From Puccinia triticina (Eukaryota), in assembly GCA_026914245.1 (NCBI GenBank), contig CP110439.1, forward strand, positions 8,556,001 through 8,620,000: a stretch of DNA of 64,000 bases, written 5' to 3'. Position numbers and translations under genes: made by a program. This document shows positions 1-13,799 of the stretch, piece by piece; position 1 is the first letter of the stretch; each line of letters opens with the position of its first letter. Below the pieces are notes generated by a model. The model was given only the letters and a program-made list of their open reading frames with translations. It had not been told where the DNA came from and made no database searches.

Positions 1-727
1 TGAAATGTCAGCAACTGAAGCTCCAAGTAACTGCCAATAGTCATCGCGTTTAAACCTTTCCAGGAGGGAAGATTCATCAGAAACCAATCCTACCAAGCCA
101 AAAAAGTGCATGTCAGGATGCAAGGACATCATTGGAAGACGTACATATAGGCGCAATCGATTGCGTTTGGTTTGCCAGCCTTGATGTCAGCTCCTGCTTC
201 GACCAACGCCTTGACCACCTCCGTCCACCCTTTGAATACCGCCCCAGATAAGGCAGATTGGCCGCGTTCGTTCAGTCGGTCTGGCTGGGCGCCCCGAGAG
301 AGGAGGTAGCGCACAAGCTGGTCTCTTCCATGGTAGGCGGCAAGCATCAGCAGATTGTTCCCTTAAAGAAATCCAATGTGCAGTCGGTTCTGGTGAACGA
401 TTTGAACCGTGCTATGAAAATAACATGCTCAGCGACTCACCTGATGCGTTGGTGAGTTCAACGGGCAGGCCAGCCTCGATTGCTGACGTTAACAAGCTGT
501 ATACAAAATCAGATTAGTTGCCCATTAAAATTTCGCGCCCGATCAGATCAACCGTCAACGCAAAAACCAAGGCTGTGTCACAAGGAAGGCTCTAACGTAA
601 TGTCGCCGGCCCTTGCGCCATCAAATATCCGTTCGGCAAATGCGAGGGTGTCCTCAGGTAAAGAGCTTGGGCAGGGATGCTGAATACTGTTATTCATTGG
701 TGGGATGGCTGGTGACTTGGAGCTCAT
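1..727 (-). CDS. Small ankyrin-repeat protein (multi-exon, 3' end runs off the window start)
   Basis: Spliced translation ..FAERIFDGARAGD / LLTSAIEAGLPVELTNAS / GNNLLMLAAYHGRDQLVRYLLSRGAQPDRLNERGQSALSGAVFKGWTEVVKALVEAGAD gives two ANK repeats; GT..AG introns lie between the segments. Start codon uncertain. Confidence 0.85.
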
Positions 728-945
728 AGGAAGGGGATTTCTGCTGACGAACAGTGGCTGATTGGTCAGAATCCACCATCCCCGCGGCGCGCGCCAATTG
801 GTGCACTGGGTGCGCAGGAGCAGCACGGCAGGTTCTGTGGACAGAGCTTATTTCTTGGCCAAATTGAAACAACCACAACGCGATTTCCGTTCAACATCTC
901 CACAAGGCTCGCACCGTCGTTGGAAATTCCATAGGAGGATAAAAA

Positions 946-2396
946 ATGGTGCTTTACTTTAAATCAAATGGTAAGTTGTTCCTCGTTGTAATTTCTGCAG
1001 TATATGTCAATCTTTACTCACCGAACCTGTGTCTCTTTTCTGGACCCTATTTTGAAGCCAGTCGTCGATCCCACAAACCCAGTGACCCTGTAAGAACGAA
1101 ACCCATCTCAGTTGATTCGTATCTTTTTGTCTCTGGTTGCTAATCCAAGCTTTCATGCTGATTTGTACGCCTAATTTCAAGATATATGGGTAAGGACAAA
1201 GTAACCAATCCTCCTTCTGATGGCCTCGAGCAAAAAACATCAATAAGCTTAATGCAATGTCAACCTACTTTATGGAAACATGCTTATCTAGCATGAGAAC
1301 GAAGAATTGATTAAACATTCATGGGCAGAGGACGTCTGGTTTCATGTTGACAAGGTAGGGAGTTGCTCACTGAACGGCGGTCAAAGGCCATCTAATCTTT
1401 GGAAATCTCACGATGAAAACCATTGATGGTCAAATATGTAATGATGAACAAGATGATGACGACTTCAATGTTATGGCAAACCTCTAGCTATCATCCGCTC
1501 ATGTTTACATTCGACTACCCAGCTCGATGCCCGACATGGAGGCCATCCCCGAAGCGTTACTACAGTTGAGCACCTTCACCTCTTCCTCCAAACGATTAAA
1601 AGGGTACTTCAATAAACCTTATCAGCGGCTTGTCTTCCTTTTCACACTCCAGGGACTGCACGCAGCTCGTCAAAGCAAACTCTATCGGTCAGTCTCTTCA
1701 AAGACTGCCTTTTGGGCACTCCGTGGTGTCCTTGCTCAGCTGTATGTTTGGGTCGATCTAGAGGGGAACAAGAGGGATAACCTTACCATAATTTGTGAGC
1801 TATCTTCCGTCTAACATATTCGCGATCAGCTCTAAACAACCGAGTTGTCAGTCAATTTCGGTACATATTAAGTGATTGTTTGTGTGTTCAACCACTGTAT
1901 ATTACTTCGTAAAGTCACACCAGCTTCTAATCTGAAGAAAACGGGGGACATGGCGACAGGACAAGTAAGTTTTCACTCGGATAAGATTGTCAAACGTGTT
2001 CATGTCGCAACACGAGTCAACGCGATCGTCAATCGGCTGAATAAAACCAAAGTCGAGCGGTCGACTGCCGACTTGGAACAAGAAAAAATCGAACATGAGA
2101 AAGAAGTCAATAGACAGAAACGCGCAATTGCAGCCCAAAAAGTCAGTTAACTCCCTTTATTTATTACCTGGCTGAATTCCATAACAAAATTATTCTAATA
2201 TGAGAAAAACATCGTCTCTTTCTTTCCTGGATGAATAATTAACCAGGCAAAGGAAGAGCAAGAACTTCAAGCTCAGAGAAAAGCCGAACAGGAGGCGAGG
2301 TCGTATGATAAGCTGTTCGAAAAATTAGAAACCGAGACCTATCGGGACAAGGGCGAAAAGGTTGAAGGCTTCGACAGCGACGATGACTTCATGTAG
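946..2396 (+). CDS. CCDC25: CCDC25/Jlp2-family protein (NFACT-R/DUF814 domain), multi-exon
   Basis: Exons give [83 protein letters not shown] and the C-terminal DDDFM*, all characteristic of the family. Confidence 0.92.
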
Positions 2397-2996
2397 CATA
2401 CTTCTCCTGGCGCTTATACGCACGTCCCAAATAAACATCTTACTCCTGTTTTGCGCCAAGCCACTGTATGACTTGTCGCACCCGGATTCTCTTGACAAAC
2501 AGATCTTGTACATCTTTACGTATCTATCAGGAAAATGACTTCACTTTATGGTCCATCTCTAGTTCAAGCATATTTCAGTCGCACGTGAGCATTTGTAAGT
2601 ACTCAAGAAGTAAATGGACGCATGCAAAAGACAGACTGAAACCGCCACGTATATATGATTGACCTCCCAAAAACAACATTGGTCAACAAGATGATTTAAG
2701 AAAAGACCAAGATCACTGACTCAAGGAACGTAAGAACAACAACAACAAATTGAAAGGATTACAACAAATAAAGCGACAAAAAACACCACATGTATGTGTG
2801 ATGTATTAGGACCCAAGACTTAAGATCAAAAAAGGTAGGAGGGAATCAGAAAGAGATGGTTAAAGGAGCACAAGAAAAACGATGTAGAGAAAAAAAACTA
2901 CAAGTGCCTATAGCTTGTGGGAGGTGAAAATTTACTGATACAGTCTTTATGAGAAGTATATGTAAAATAAAACTGGTATGGGTATCCAAAAAAAGA

Positions 2997-5900
2997 TCAA
3001 TAGCGACTGCGATCGACCAAGGCGAGACTAGTAGAATCCTCATGAGCAGTTGTTGAGCTCAGGTGATGATGATGAGTACGTAGACGATGGAGACTCGCAG
3101 CACTGGCGCTGCTCTGGTCATCATGCTGTCGGTGATGAGAGGCGGGTGGATGAGCAGGAGGAGCGTTCTTTCGTGAGTGTGGTCTAGAGAGATTGGTATC
3201 ATGGTTGTTCTTGGTCAGAAGATGTCGACTACTCTCGCTAGTCCGAACAAGATCGACCGATCGACCTGGATCGTTGGCCAAGCTCTGGTGATGCTCCCGA
3301 TTCGGGTCGAGTTTCCGGCTGATTCCGCGGAGGAATTTCTGGAGTTTTTTGCGCTCTAGTTCGGTGATCTTGATCCCATCCAACCATTTCAACTTCGAAT
3401 GAGCTTGTTGTTGGCCCTCCTGCTGGTGTTGAGGGTTGGAGCAGGTTTGGAGGATGATGGAGCGGTAGGTCATCCGTTTGAGATAGAACTCGTTAGGCAA
3501 CGATTTGCGAAATCGGTCGTCCATCGAGTGCCAATCGTCTTCCTGATCCTTGTTGACAATCTGGTACTGGTTGAGATGAGGAGCAGTGTCTCCATCTCTT
3601 TCTGTGCTCCCATTGGCAACGGCTGAGGAGGGCGTAGAAGAGAGCAGGAGGGGAGGGTAAAAGGATGCACACATCGGATTCTGGCGCAGGTCGAGCAGCT
3701 CAAGCTCCGGCAAGCTCTCTAGCACGCTCAACAATCCGCGGTCCAGCGCCTTGACTCGCGAGCCAACGATCGTCAGGCGCTCTAGTCGACGGAGATTCTT
3801 CAATGGACTCAGATCCTTCAAGAAGTTGTAATTCAAATTCAAGGTCCGGATGTTCGGAATCAGATTTGCCAGATCGGCCGGGAGACTTTGGCATTGACAC
3901 ATGGCTAATTCCAGGTATAGTAAGTTGTAGAATTGGCAGGTTGGAAAGGCGGCTGGCAATGGGTTCCCCCCTAAATAAATTCTCTTGACATCTCGAACTT
4001 GTTTCAAGGTTAACGACCTGTACGAATCGAAACAACAAAAGAGGGCATGAATCAACACTAGATGCTATTGGTAGTTGATTAACGCCCATGTAACAAGACA
4101 CTCACAATTCGCCGCCCCGTTGATCTCTAACGCTCAAGTTCTCTAACTTTCGCAGCGCACCAGCACCGGAAATTTCCATCAAATCATTGTTATCGATGTA
4201 CAATGTCCTTAGATTGACCAGTTTGGAGACTTCTAATGATTCCAATCGGTTCTCATTCACCCTAAGCACCCTCAACTTTGGCATAGGCTCCTCGATCATC
4301 AATGAGTATAGTTGATTTCGATCTAAACCAGTCCACAGCCCGGTTAGCACAGGAAAGTAATGGAATCTCTTGTTTGGATGTGTCGTCGATTTCCTTACCT
4401 AGGTTTAACAGATATGTCGACCTCAAGTGATGCAAACCAGTCACCTCACTAATCTGATTCCGATCCAAATTCAAGACCTCCAAATGATCCCTGCGACACA
4501 AAGAAACAAGAATTGGCTGTTCACTACAAGCCCTACATTAGATATTTCTGGGACAAAATTCCTTACCAATGAGTGCATTCGAAGTTAATCTTCTTGATTC
4601 GATTGCCTTTTAAGCTGAGCTTAATCAAACTATCAACTGAATATAGACCTGAGACGTCCTCGATGAAGTTATCATCGACTTTCAACTCTCTCAGGTGTTT
4701 CAAGCAAGATAGTTCTGTAAGGACATAGGCGTCAGTCACATGCAATGGGCTACATAAAAAAAGAGATTTGGGAGACAAAAATAAGAGACTAACGTTCCAA
4801 AGAAGTCATAGAATTCTGACTCAAATCTAACTTTTCCAAATTTTGGAGATGACTGAAACAACACAACTCGTTGATCTGATTTTTATGAGCGATCAACATC
4901 CGCAAAGAGGACGGCAAGCCACTCAGATAATTCAATTGGTTCGAGCTCCTGTTTAAAGTTTATCGCCACGAAAGATCAGTTTTTGTTCCCGAATGTAGAG
5001 AGGTTCACGGACGGGGAAGAAGAGGTAACCAACAAATCGATTTGATCTAGAGCGGGCAAGATCTCGTTCAACCTGATGACCGAATCAATAGATTTGCCGG
5101 CCAGATTGATGACCTTGATGGAGTTCCAGAAGGGCTCAAAGGGCTCGAAATCAGTGACGATCTTGATCAGCTTAGAGTAGTTCAACTCGAAGGAGTAGTC
5201 CTCGACCAAGTTATTTGAATGGCTCGTAGTCGTCGTCATGCTCAGGTGATTGCAGCTACTACTTTTCTGTCGAGATGAGCGGGCTTGAGGGGTGGCCATT
5301 GTCGATGAATTGGATTGGCTCGTCGTCGTATTGGACGTCAACGATGACTTTCGTCGCACTTTTTTCTTGATCGAATTTATCAGAATCTTCGATGTTTGAT
5401 GAATGCTAGCATGATCATCATCATTCTCCGAATCCGATGAACCAACATGATTCTGATTGTTCTCCTTTTCTTCTCCTTTTATGACTTTGTTACTTCTCCT
5501 GTGAGGCTCTTGCTTGACGCCTTCTTGACGTGGTTGCTGATGTTCATTCCTAAACGTTTGCTCATCTGAATCTTCGCCTTGTCCTTCATTTCCCTCGGCC
5601 AACCCAATTATCTTCCCGTTTTTTCGGCCGTCTTGGAAGCTCACCGAGCGACTTGGTCTCAAAACTCCAGTCATCGCGTTCGAATCCTCGGTTGACGATG
5701 AAGCCATACTCACGTTGGTCTTGTTGGGGCTGCTTTCATGGACGATCTTTAGCACTGATTTTGGTTTGAATTTTTCGCCCCTCCCGGCCAACCCTTTCTT
5801 CTTGCTGCTACTTGAATTGCGTGTATTGGCCTGATTAGCCTCTACCTCATTCTTCGCAAACTCATTTCGTTCATTTTCGACAATATATTTCAAACCTTGT

Positions 5901-8900
5901 GCTTCGCTCGTTTGGGTATCATCATCAATTCCTCCGGCCATAAACTTAGATCCAGATGAATCACTACCCCGTTTACTATTCAAGCTCTCGATATCTTTAA
6001 AAATATCGTCTTCTTCACTAGACTCCTCGGCTTCGCTTCCAAACTGCGCTAGATTGTTGAAGTTTTTCTGTTCCTCTTCGACTGCCCTGCCATTGAGGTG
6101 ACCGCCAGTCTCCGATTGGCTGCGGAGTTTGACCCATTTGCCGATGGTCGAATCGAAGACCATCTTTCCCACCCGTGCGTTTTGCAGGAGTTGCTCGACG
6201 TCACCGGGTGCGATGGTCATCAGTCCCAGCTTCTGGTGGTGTGGATGCTTCGGGTCGTCTTCAAAGCCCTGGTGTTGGTCATGTGAGCTGGAGCTACTGT
6301 GTCGCGTCGTGGTACCTGTTGTGAGTGCAGGCGTCGGGGCGGATGTCATCGTACAGGCGGCACTCGAGATGGAGCTGATGCGATTGGACCTTGTGAACTG
6401 GTCGCGTGCATCTAGGGTAACCCGACCGATGGGCTCTCGTGACATAGGCTGAGTCGCGAATTGACGTCTAGAACCAGTGGTACTAGCTAGATTGGTGGAC
6501 ATGAGAGCACTAGAGCTCCCATACCCTGGATTTGCTTTATCTGACCCAGGTTGATGATTGCCGTGAGAATCACCGAGTGTTTGCCGGAGAAAAGCGGCAG
6601 CAGTAGTCGCCAAACGGCGGTGGACTGAATCTGATCGGCCATTGGACTCTAATTGATTTGGTAAATTCGAAGTCTCTCCGTGATCCTCCTGATTTTCACT
6701 TGTGATCTCCTGTCGGTGTTCTTGACCTTGCCCCTCCGCGTCCTCTTCTTCTGCTGCCTCGACCTGACGGTCATCCCGCGCACCTTCTTCAATTGATATA
6801 TCCCAGTCCAAGTCTGCTTGCGAATCGTTTCGTGAGCAGTGATCAACTGGGTGGTACGGTTGCTCAGGGTCATGGTCATCATCGTGAACCTCATCGCGTT
6901 GGGTATGTCTAGCGGATTTTGGTGAGGTCTCTCGCTCGGAAGTCTCGGAGTAATCTCGTGTTTCAGCTTGCTCTTGCCGATCGTCTGCTAATGCGGACAC
7001 AGATTTCGGAGCTTGAGATTGCTGAGTCTGAGAGGTTGAATTCAGCGGATGTTTGGTTTGTTTCGATGATCCTCCGAACTGTTCATGAGAAGATTTTTGT
7101 GGGAGGTTTGTGGGAAGATCAGCGGATTCAACTTCTTGACCGCCGTTGGTTTTGGCGCGTATTCGATCCATCAGCGCTTTAGCCTCGGCGAGTCGATCGC
7201 GAACAACCACCGGCACTGCCCGGCTCTTCTCGTGAGGAGTACCGGAGGCGGCGCTTGCGGGAACACTGCTCTTGAAGACTACCATTGGATGCGCGCGAGT
7301 AAAAGCTGCTGGACGTCGCTTAGCCTTCCGCTCGCTCATCACCGCCACTGAATCCCTCAAATGTCTATGGCGCGTTTCAAAACTGGACTGAGTGGATTCG
7401 AGTCGGATTCGCTTACTGCTTCGGCATGATTGTCGAGCATTTTGACTGACTGAGTCGTCGACAGATTCTGATGTCTCGCATTCTCGATGCGACGTTCGTG
7501 GACCTTGATATGATTTACGCCCGACAACTGGCGAAAGACTGTTGACTGCATAAGAGCTCGGTTCGACAAAGCTTTCGGCCCACTCTTTCTCTTCCTTCCA
7601 TCTCTGACTATGGCTTGCTAGTGGTCGATATGGAGTTCGACCCGCATGGAAGGTACGTTGTTTGTTGGTCCCTGATGAGAAGATGATGGCTGGTGGGGTA
7701 GAATGTGCCAGTCCAATGCTGGTACTACTGTCGGTGACTTCTTCGCCAGGTGAGCCGAGGATGCTCTTAATTTTGAGTGGTGTATCAGCTTTACCCGGTG
7801 GGAGGGCAGAATTGGTAGATAGTCCTTTGATTTCCTCGGTCAGTTTGTTGAGATGTTTGCGAGTAAAAGTATCGTAGGTAAATCGAAAGCGCCTCGGAGC
7901 GGTCGAAAAGTCTGAGTTGTCAACGGAGTGATTTTCTGGTAAATCGGAGGGATGCTCTCGAGGAGGCTGGTGGGAGTTTTGTTCATGGGATGAGTCTGAA
8001 TTGACGCGATAGAGACGATTGTGAACATCAAAGATAGGAGTTCGATGGGCAAACGGAAGGGAAGGGGGCCTAGAGGAGCTAGGGAGCGATCTTGAGTTTG
8101 CAACCGAAGCTTGTGAATGGGTGTTCTTCCAATCAGTCTTGATTGAACTTGATGGCTCAGTCTCTTCAACAATTTGATCCAGACGGTCGTCTCGAATATA
8201 CCGCATTCGTTCGAGATTACAGCCAGGCGGGATCAGCATCTGTGGCTGATCATCCAATTGTTCGGGTTCATCGTCATATTCCTGTTGCTCATGTTCTTGT
8301 TCTTCGGGGTGGTGATTATGATCTACGATGGATTGAAAGGAGGGATTGGATGGCAAGTCTTCGTAATGGGAGCTAGAACTTGAGCGCGAGAGCGAAAGGC
8401 CGAAAGGAACGTTTGAGAGAAGAGATGACGATCGATCGATCGATAAGGAGCGAATTGAATCATTAGAGAAGACGCGGCCAATCGCTCCTTGCATTTCAGA
8501 GGGCTTGGTACCTCTAGAGATGGAGCTGAGGTTTGGATCTGAAGAGAAGAAGGAGGGGAGAAAAAGTGGCGGATCAGTCTGCAGTTTTCTTGTTTCAAAT
8601 TTTGATGGACTGACGATCGGGATTGGATGAGTTTTGAATAGGAGGGTCGTCGGAAGAAGTGGCTGGGATGGGTTGTGCGGTTTGGAATATTTTTTGTAGC
8701 TGGGTGGGTCGTTTGCCGAGCAGTTCGTTGGTCATCCCATCGACGGCGGCTCTTAGCCATGGTGGTGTTGGTTCGTCTGAGGACTGCTGCTGGCTGTTGA
8801 GGATGATCGAGTTATCTGAGAGGGGTTTGGTTGAGGATGAGTGAGAGTGATCTGTCTGTGGATGCTGTTGTTCTGCGGAGTGTGAGTGTGAGTGTGAGTG

Positions 8901-9077
8901 CTTGAGGAGTGAGGCGAATGATGAGGCTGATGAGTATTTCTTGAGGACTGGGATGCGAGACTGGGAGTGGACTCGGAGTGAGGAGTGTTTGGAGCTTCGC
9001 TGTTCGTGGTCGGATGCTGATAGGTTGACCCATTCCTGGGATAGCTCGTCGGTGAGCCAGACTGGTTTCCCCGCCAT
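2997..9077 (-). CDS. Large leucine-rich-repeat protein, Cdc11/Nud1-like septation-initiation-network scaffold (multi-exon)
   Basis: N-terminal WLTDELSQEWV motif; long low-complexity region containing GKMVFDSTIGKWVK; FEPFEPFWNSIKVINL followed by many LxxLxLxxNxL repeats over several exons; C-terminal LRQNPMCASFYP..YR..LKWLDG LRR cap. Confidence 0.8.
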
Positions 9078-9722
9078 CTTGATATTATTTGGTTCTGCTT
9101 TGGTGGAAACAGTTTTCCTTCTCCTGACCGTCCTGCGCATAGCCCCTCTTTGGCCCTGTCCCGAGTCTGTCACACGGCTCAGCCGTGAAACCTTCGCGGC
9201 CGATGTCTCGGAATCCGGAGCTCGCGTCGCTTCACGCGTTTCACTCTTGGCGAAGCAGCAAGCCAGGCAGGCTATAAACCTGTGAGGATACATCTCATCC
9301 CTATTCTGAATTCGTCGACCAACTATAATTTGTTTAAGAGTACTTTCAACTTCCACTCCAGCAATTTGCTCCGTACGCCACAAGAGAAAGTGGCCCTTTC
9401 AACTGGGTTTCAGCCAAGGTTATTCAATTGAGTATCTAAACGAACGCACGCCTTGGTTTTAGGTTGATGATGCACGTTAGACTGAGCAGCCATCGGGACT
9501 GCTGGGCCATTGGCACCTCCGGAACCTGACATGACATATCTTTGAGTTCTTCATTGAAGTGCACTCGGCCACACTCGCCTCGGGGACGAATCAACAGACA
9601 CCTGTGAGGAGCTTCGTTCAAGATCAAGGGAGGCCTCCGCAGTCATCTCGATTCTGCTTTCGTAGCTGAATCATCACGAGAGCTGCCAACCGACTGTGTA
9701 TTATTGTCAAAAATTCCTCAAA

Positions 9723-12202
9723 ATGTTTCTATCAAACATCAGCTGTCAGCTTCTGTTGGGTTTAGGGTATTGCCGGCATTTCATGGTGTTGGCTCGGCCG
9801 GGCCTGTGGCCGGAGGAAAGGGAAAGCCATAGGCTCTACATCGATCATGTTGACCCGGGAAGACTTTCAGATATGATGGCTGAGCTTCAAGACATCTTGG
9901 AAGGTGGCCGAAACGATCATAAGCGCCCGCTGGAAAATGGGAATACACAACCATCTTTTATTGCAAACGGACAAAGTAAGCACAGCACAAACCTACAGCA
10001 CTATTCTAAATCTGACTCCGGCTTATGTTGTTAATCTCGCTCAGTTGGTGCTGAAGCGTCATCAGTCCAGCAAACTGGTAAAAGGCAAAAGAAAAACTCA
10101 AGATAGCTCAGAGGACTGGGTACCTAATGTCACTTCAGGAGACGTCTTTCAGTCCGATCTCAATGGCATGTTCCAGAAACCCAGTAGCGCACAAGGTTAG
10201 AAAGATATATTTCCTCTACAGATTAGCAAATTGGGAACTGAAGTAAAAAAAAAAAACATGATTGGGAATAGGCACACTGGGCCACCCCACATATGGCTAT
10301 AATCGTCAGCAGGGCCACCCCGCAGAAGAAAGACTAAAAAGTTCCATCTTGCCACTTCCAATTTCCAGTCATGGGAGCCCAGCTGAAAGCTTTCAAAAAG
10401 AGTTTTCAAATTTACCACCGGGTACAGATAATTTGTTTGAATGTTGGCAAAGAGACATCAGCATAGAAACAACCAGTAACCATTCTGAAAACTCAAACTC
10501 CGGGATCCTAGAGCACTGCAACAGGAAAAGTTTGAGAACATTTGATACTCCAACACATACACTCACACAGCCAGAACCAGAAACAAAATCACATAATTAT
10601 CAGAAAAATGCCAAGAAAAAAATTAAATCCCGTCAGAGAAAAATTAAGCAAAATATTTTTCCCACAGAACTCCTTTCAAATCAAAGAGCTGATTGGAATG
10701 AAACAATAAAACGACTCAAATTGATTCGAGAAGGGTTTTTTGACTCCCAGGACCTAACTTTGTTAGCACATGGAATGATAAATGATCAGCTTATTGAAGG
10801 CTTTGTGGACAGATTTTATATGAAATCCATACCTCCAAAACTCCAAAATATTTACAATAGTTGGAAGAAATATGTAATCCCAAAATACCCTGTTATAGGT
10901 TTTCCAGTACCAAGATGTCGAGATTGGCTCATCCGGATTGTTGGTGAAGGAAGAGGAATAAAACACAACCTTGATTGTTTGAAGAATAACTTTAAACATA
11001 TCATCAAGTGGCTCATCCTGATCAATGCATCTATTGAAAGAAGTTTTGGTCCAGAGGAATCAAATATAACTGGAATATCCTCAAATATAAAATTGTTTGA
11101 TTGGTTGTTTGAGCAAGCATTTGAACCTAAAGATAGCTTGCCCATTTTTGGAATAGTTAAAAATGGGCAGGATTTGAATTTAAAGCCGGGTGAAGAGTTT
11201 GGAATAATTCAAAGAATATTGCTTGAGCAACTATCAAGGTACAACCCTGAAAATTATTCCCTTTAAGCTGCTGTATTGATCAGCAAGCTGTGGTACAAAG
11301 GTTCCAATCCAAGAATTTGGGAACACATCAAGAATTATCAGATAGAATGCAGCCCAGAAGTAAATATAGCTTTATGCTTGTACAAATCAATTGATGCAGG
11401 AACTTTTTTTGACCTTGGGGGTGAAGACTTCAAGAATTTTGAAAGCTTGGAGCGCCTGAAAGCTCCAAACCTAAGCAAATTTCCAGCAACCATGAAGCCT
11501 GCCAAGTTCTTCACAAGTTATTCAGATCAATCGATACAACCAATCATTGACCTTCCAAAGTTGAGACGATCTGATTTTCACTGTCCACCTAGCATATTCC
11601 CTGGCCTTCAAATAAGATTGTGGAAATCCAAAGCAACAGAAAGCATCAACAGTCATAAATACAGAATAGTATTTATGCATCAGAAATTGTCCTCTTCCAA
11701 TGAAGCAAGACTTTTAGTTAGAATTAATTCACTGTTTACACATTTGCATATATGCCACAAAGATATCATTTCTCAACTCAAACATAGAGAGATCAGGATA
11801 GTTGAAAATGCATTCAACTTGTTTGATAAGTGGTTCTTGAATGTCTTACATGGAATAGAGGGAGACAGCTTTCCAATCTTTGGAGATGTGCACACAAAAA
11901 ATGACCATAAATTCAGCCTGGATGATTTTGGGGAGGTTCAACTATACTTGATACAACAATACTTCACTGATGCAGCACCATACATGAAGGTCATTTGGAT
12001 TTCCCTTGCCCTGCTTGAGTATTGGTACAAAATTTTCCACCCAGATTGTTTTTTTCCAACAGATAATGATTACTGGAATACTATGATTGAATCTTTAGCA
12101 CCCAAATTATCTCATGGAGGTCAGCATTATTTGAACAAATTTGATGAAAAAGGAAACTTTATTGGTTTTGAATTCAATCCAGAAAATCCTGGAAGCCAGT
12201 AA
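9723..12202 (+). pseudogene. Disrupted gene for a rust-specific large protein with a possible signal peptide and a duplicated W-x-PIFG-x-FG-x-Q domain
   Basis: Hydrophobic N-terminus; intron ~9976-10044; frameshift/stop lesions near 10080-10260; in-frame TAA at 11264-11266 between same-frame ORFs 10262-11266 and 11276-12202. Confidence 0.6.
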
Positions 12203-12884
12203 TGGCTTGAAAAGCAGGTCTTATAAATCTGCCATTCACGTAGTATCAACTCCAGAACATGATTGAAAGCTCACAAAAAATCCTTAGGCTTGCAGTTCAC
12301 TCACATCATTAAACAGCTCCTTAGCTCCCTTTCAATCATAGATGATACATTCTTCAAGTTGCACTTTTTGTCTTTTTTTGCCTTGTAATAGATACTACTA
12401 GTAATTTAAATTCTTTGGTTCACTAAACACTAGAAATATCCACATGTTTCCTCCAGGCTTGTTTCTATGGAAGACTTTTGGAGATGTTGACATATGATAT
12501 CTTTTCAGTGCTATGTACTTGAATTAGCAGGGCTTGACAAGTTGAAATACAGCCTTGATTCTCCAGAAGTTTTGCTAGTCAACTCTAGAAAAGAAGTATT
12601 CTTACACAAACATCCTTCACTGCTCACATCAATTTCTATTGAGTCAAATGTAATACACCTCACCTCAGCAACCTATAGTGAAATACTTTCTTTAATAAAT
12701 TAAGACCGCTTGATCCAAATCTATGTAGTCAGTGTCACTGTGATTCTGATTCTAGGGACCTTTTCCAAGCATTGATCCTTTCTGCTTTCTTGAAGAAAGA
12801 AAATAGAATAGAGTCACAGAAAAACAGAGAGAATTTGCAATCTGGTAGTTTAAAGTTACCATTACCCTGCCAGAGGCAGTCATT

Positions 12885-13118
12885 AGGGGGTTTCAAATTT
12901 GGCCAGATGCGACTTGCATGCACTTTTGCAAGTTGGTGTTCAAGTAGGTTCAAGTTCATTCTTGAACACCGAGTTGCAAAAGTGCATGCAAGCCACACTG
13001 TACTACACCCCCTAAGCCTGCTTGAATGTATTTTTGAAATTTGGTGTTCAATAAAAGCCTTGAACACCAACTTGAAAAATTGCATGCAAGTCGTGGATGG
13101 CCAACTTTGAATCCCCCT
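12885..13118. mobile_element. MITE (AGGGGG..CCCCCT termini)
   Basis: ~60-bp imperfect TIRs (AGGGGGTTTCAAATTTGGCCA..CGACTTGCATGCA..TTGGTGTTCAAG and its reverse complement); ATT on both sides. Confidence 0.85.
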
Positions 13119-13799
13119 ATTATCCATACCCGTACCGGATTAAACCCCAGTCCGGCTTAAGGAGTCTTCCGCAGTCCTGCTTGGAAGTTGAACAAGCTGG
13201 CTTGCCCTGACGCGAAGCATTTCATCTCGAACTTATGAAAGTCCCTCCAAGGGGGGCCGAAGGGACCTCCTCGGAGGGACTGTGTTGAGTTAACTTTGAT
13301 TTTATCTACTTGAAGCACCGATGTGGGCTAGGTCCTAAAATACATGAATCTGTCTAGCTGGATCAAGCTTCACATCAAGCCAAGCCTCGAGGTCAGCAGT
13401 GCTCGTCTAAAATGGCTGTTCATCATCCTTGTGCTTCGTCGAGACCTTGCTCCAACCGTCCACCAAGACTGCTAAAACCTGGCCTCCGGTCTGACGTCTC
13501 TTTCGCCAAAGCCTTGTTGCACTGGGTGCTAGGAATAGATATTATTATGGAACACATCGTCTCCTTCTCTCCGCAGGAACACCTTGAACAAACTTCTTGT
13601 CGGACCCATGAATTGACGGAGCAGCGAGGAAGGCTGTATAAAACAGCTGCTTGAAAACACAGTCTCTCCCTTCGCCAAAGAACTATAGGCACTCTTACCC
13701 TTCCCTCATTACCTAAGTTAACCTTTGGATTGGCCTGCTCACAATCATCAAAAAAAACATATATTTATAGATACACGATATAAAATTCGGATAACAGAA

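Noticed and set aside
9078..9383. N-terminal extension of ORF 8595-9383
   Set aside because: It starts at a non-ATG codon; the conserved-looking motif begins at the ATG at 9077.
12735..13127. 130-aa and 112-aa ORFs
   Set aside because: They overlap a palindromic MITE and are spurious.
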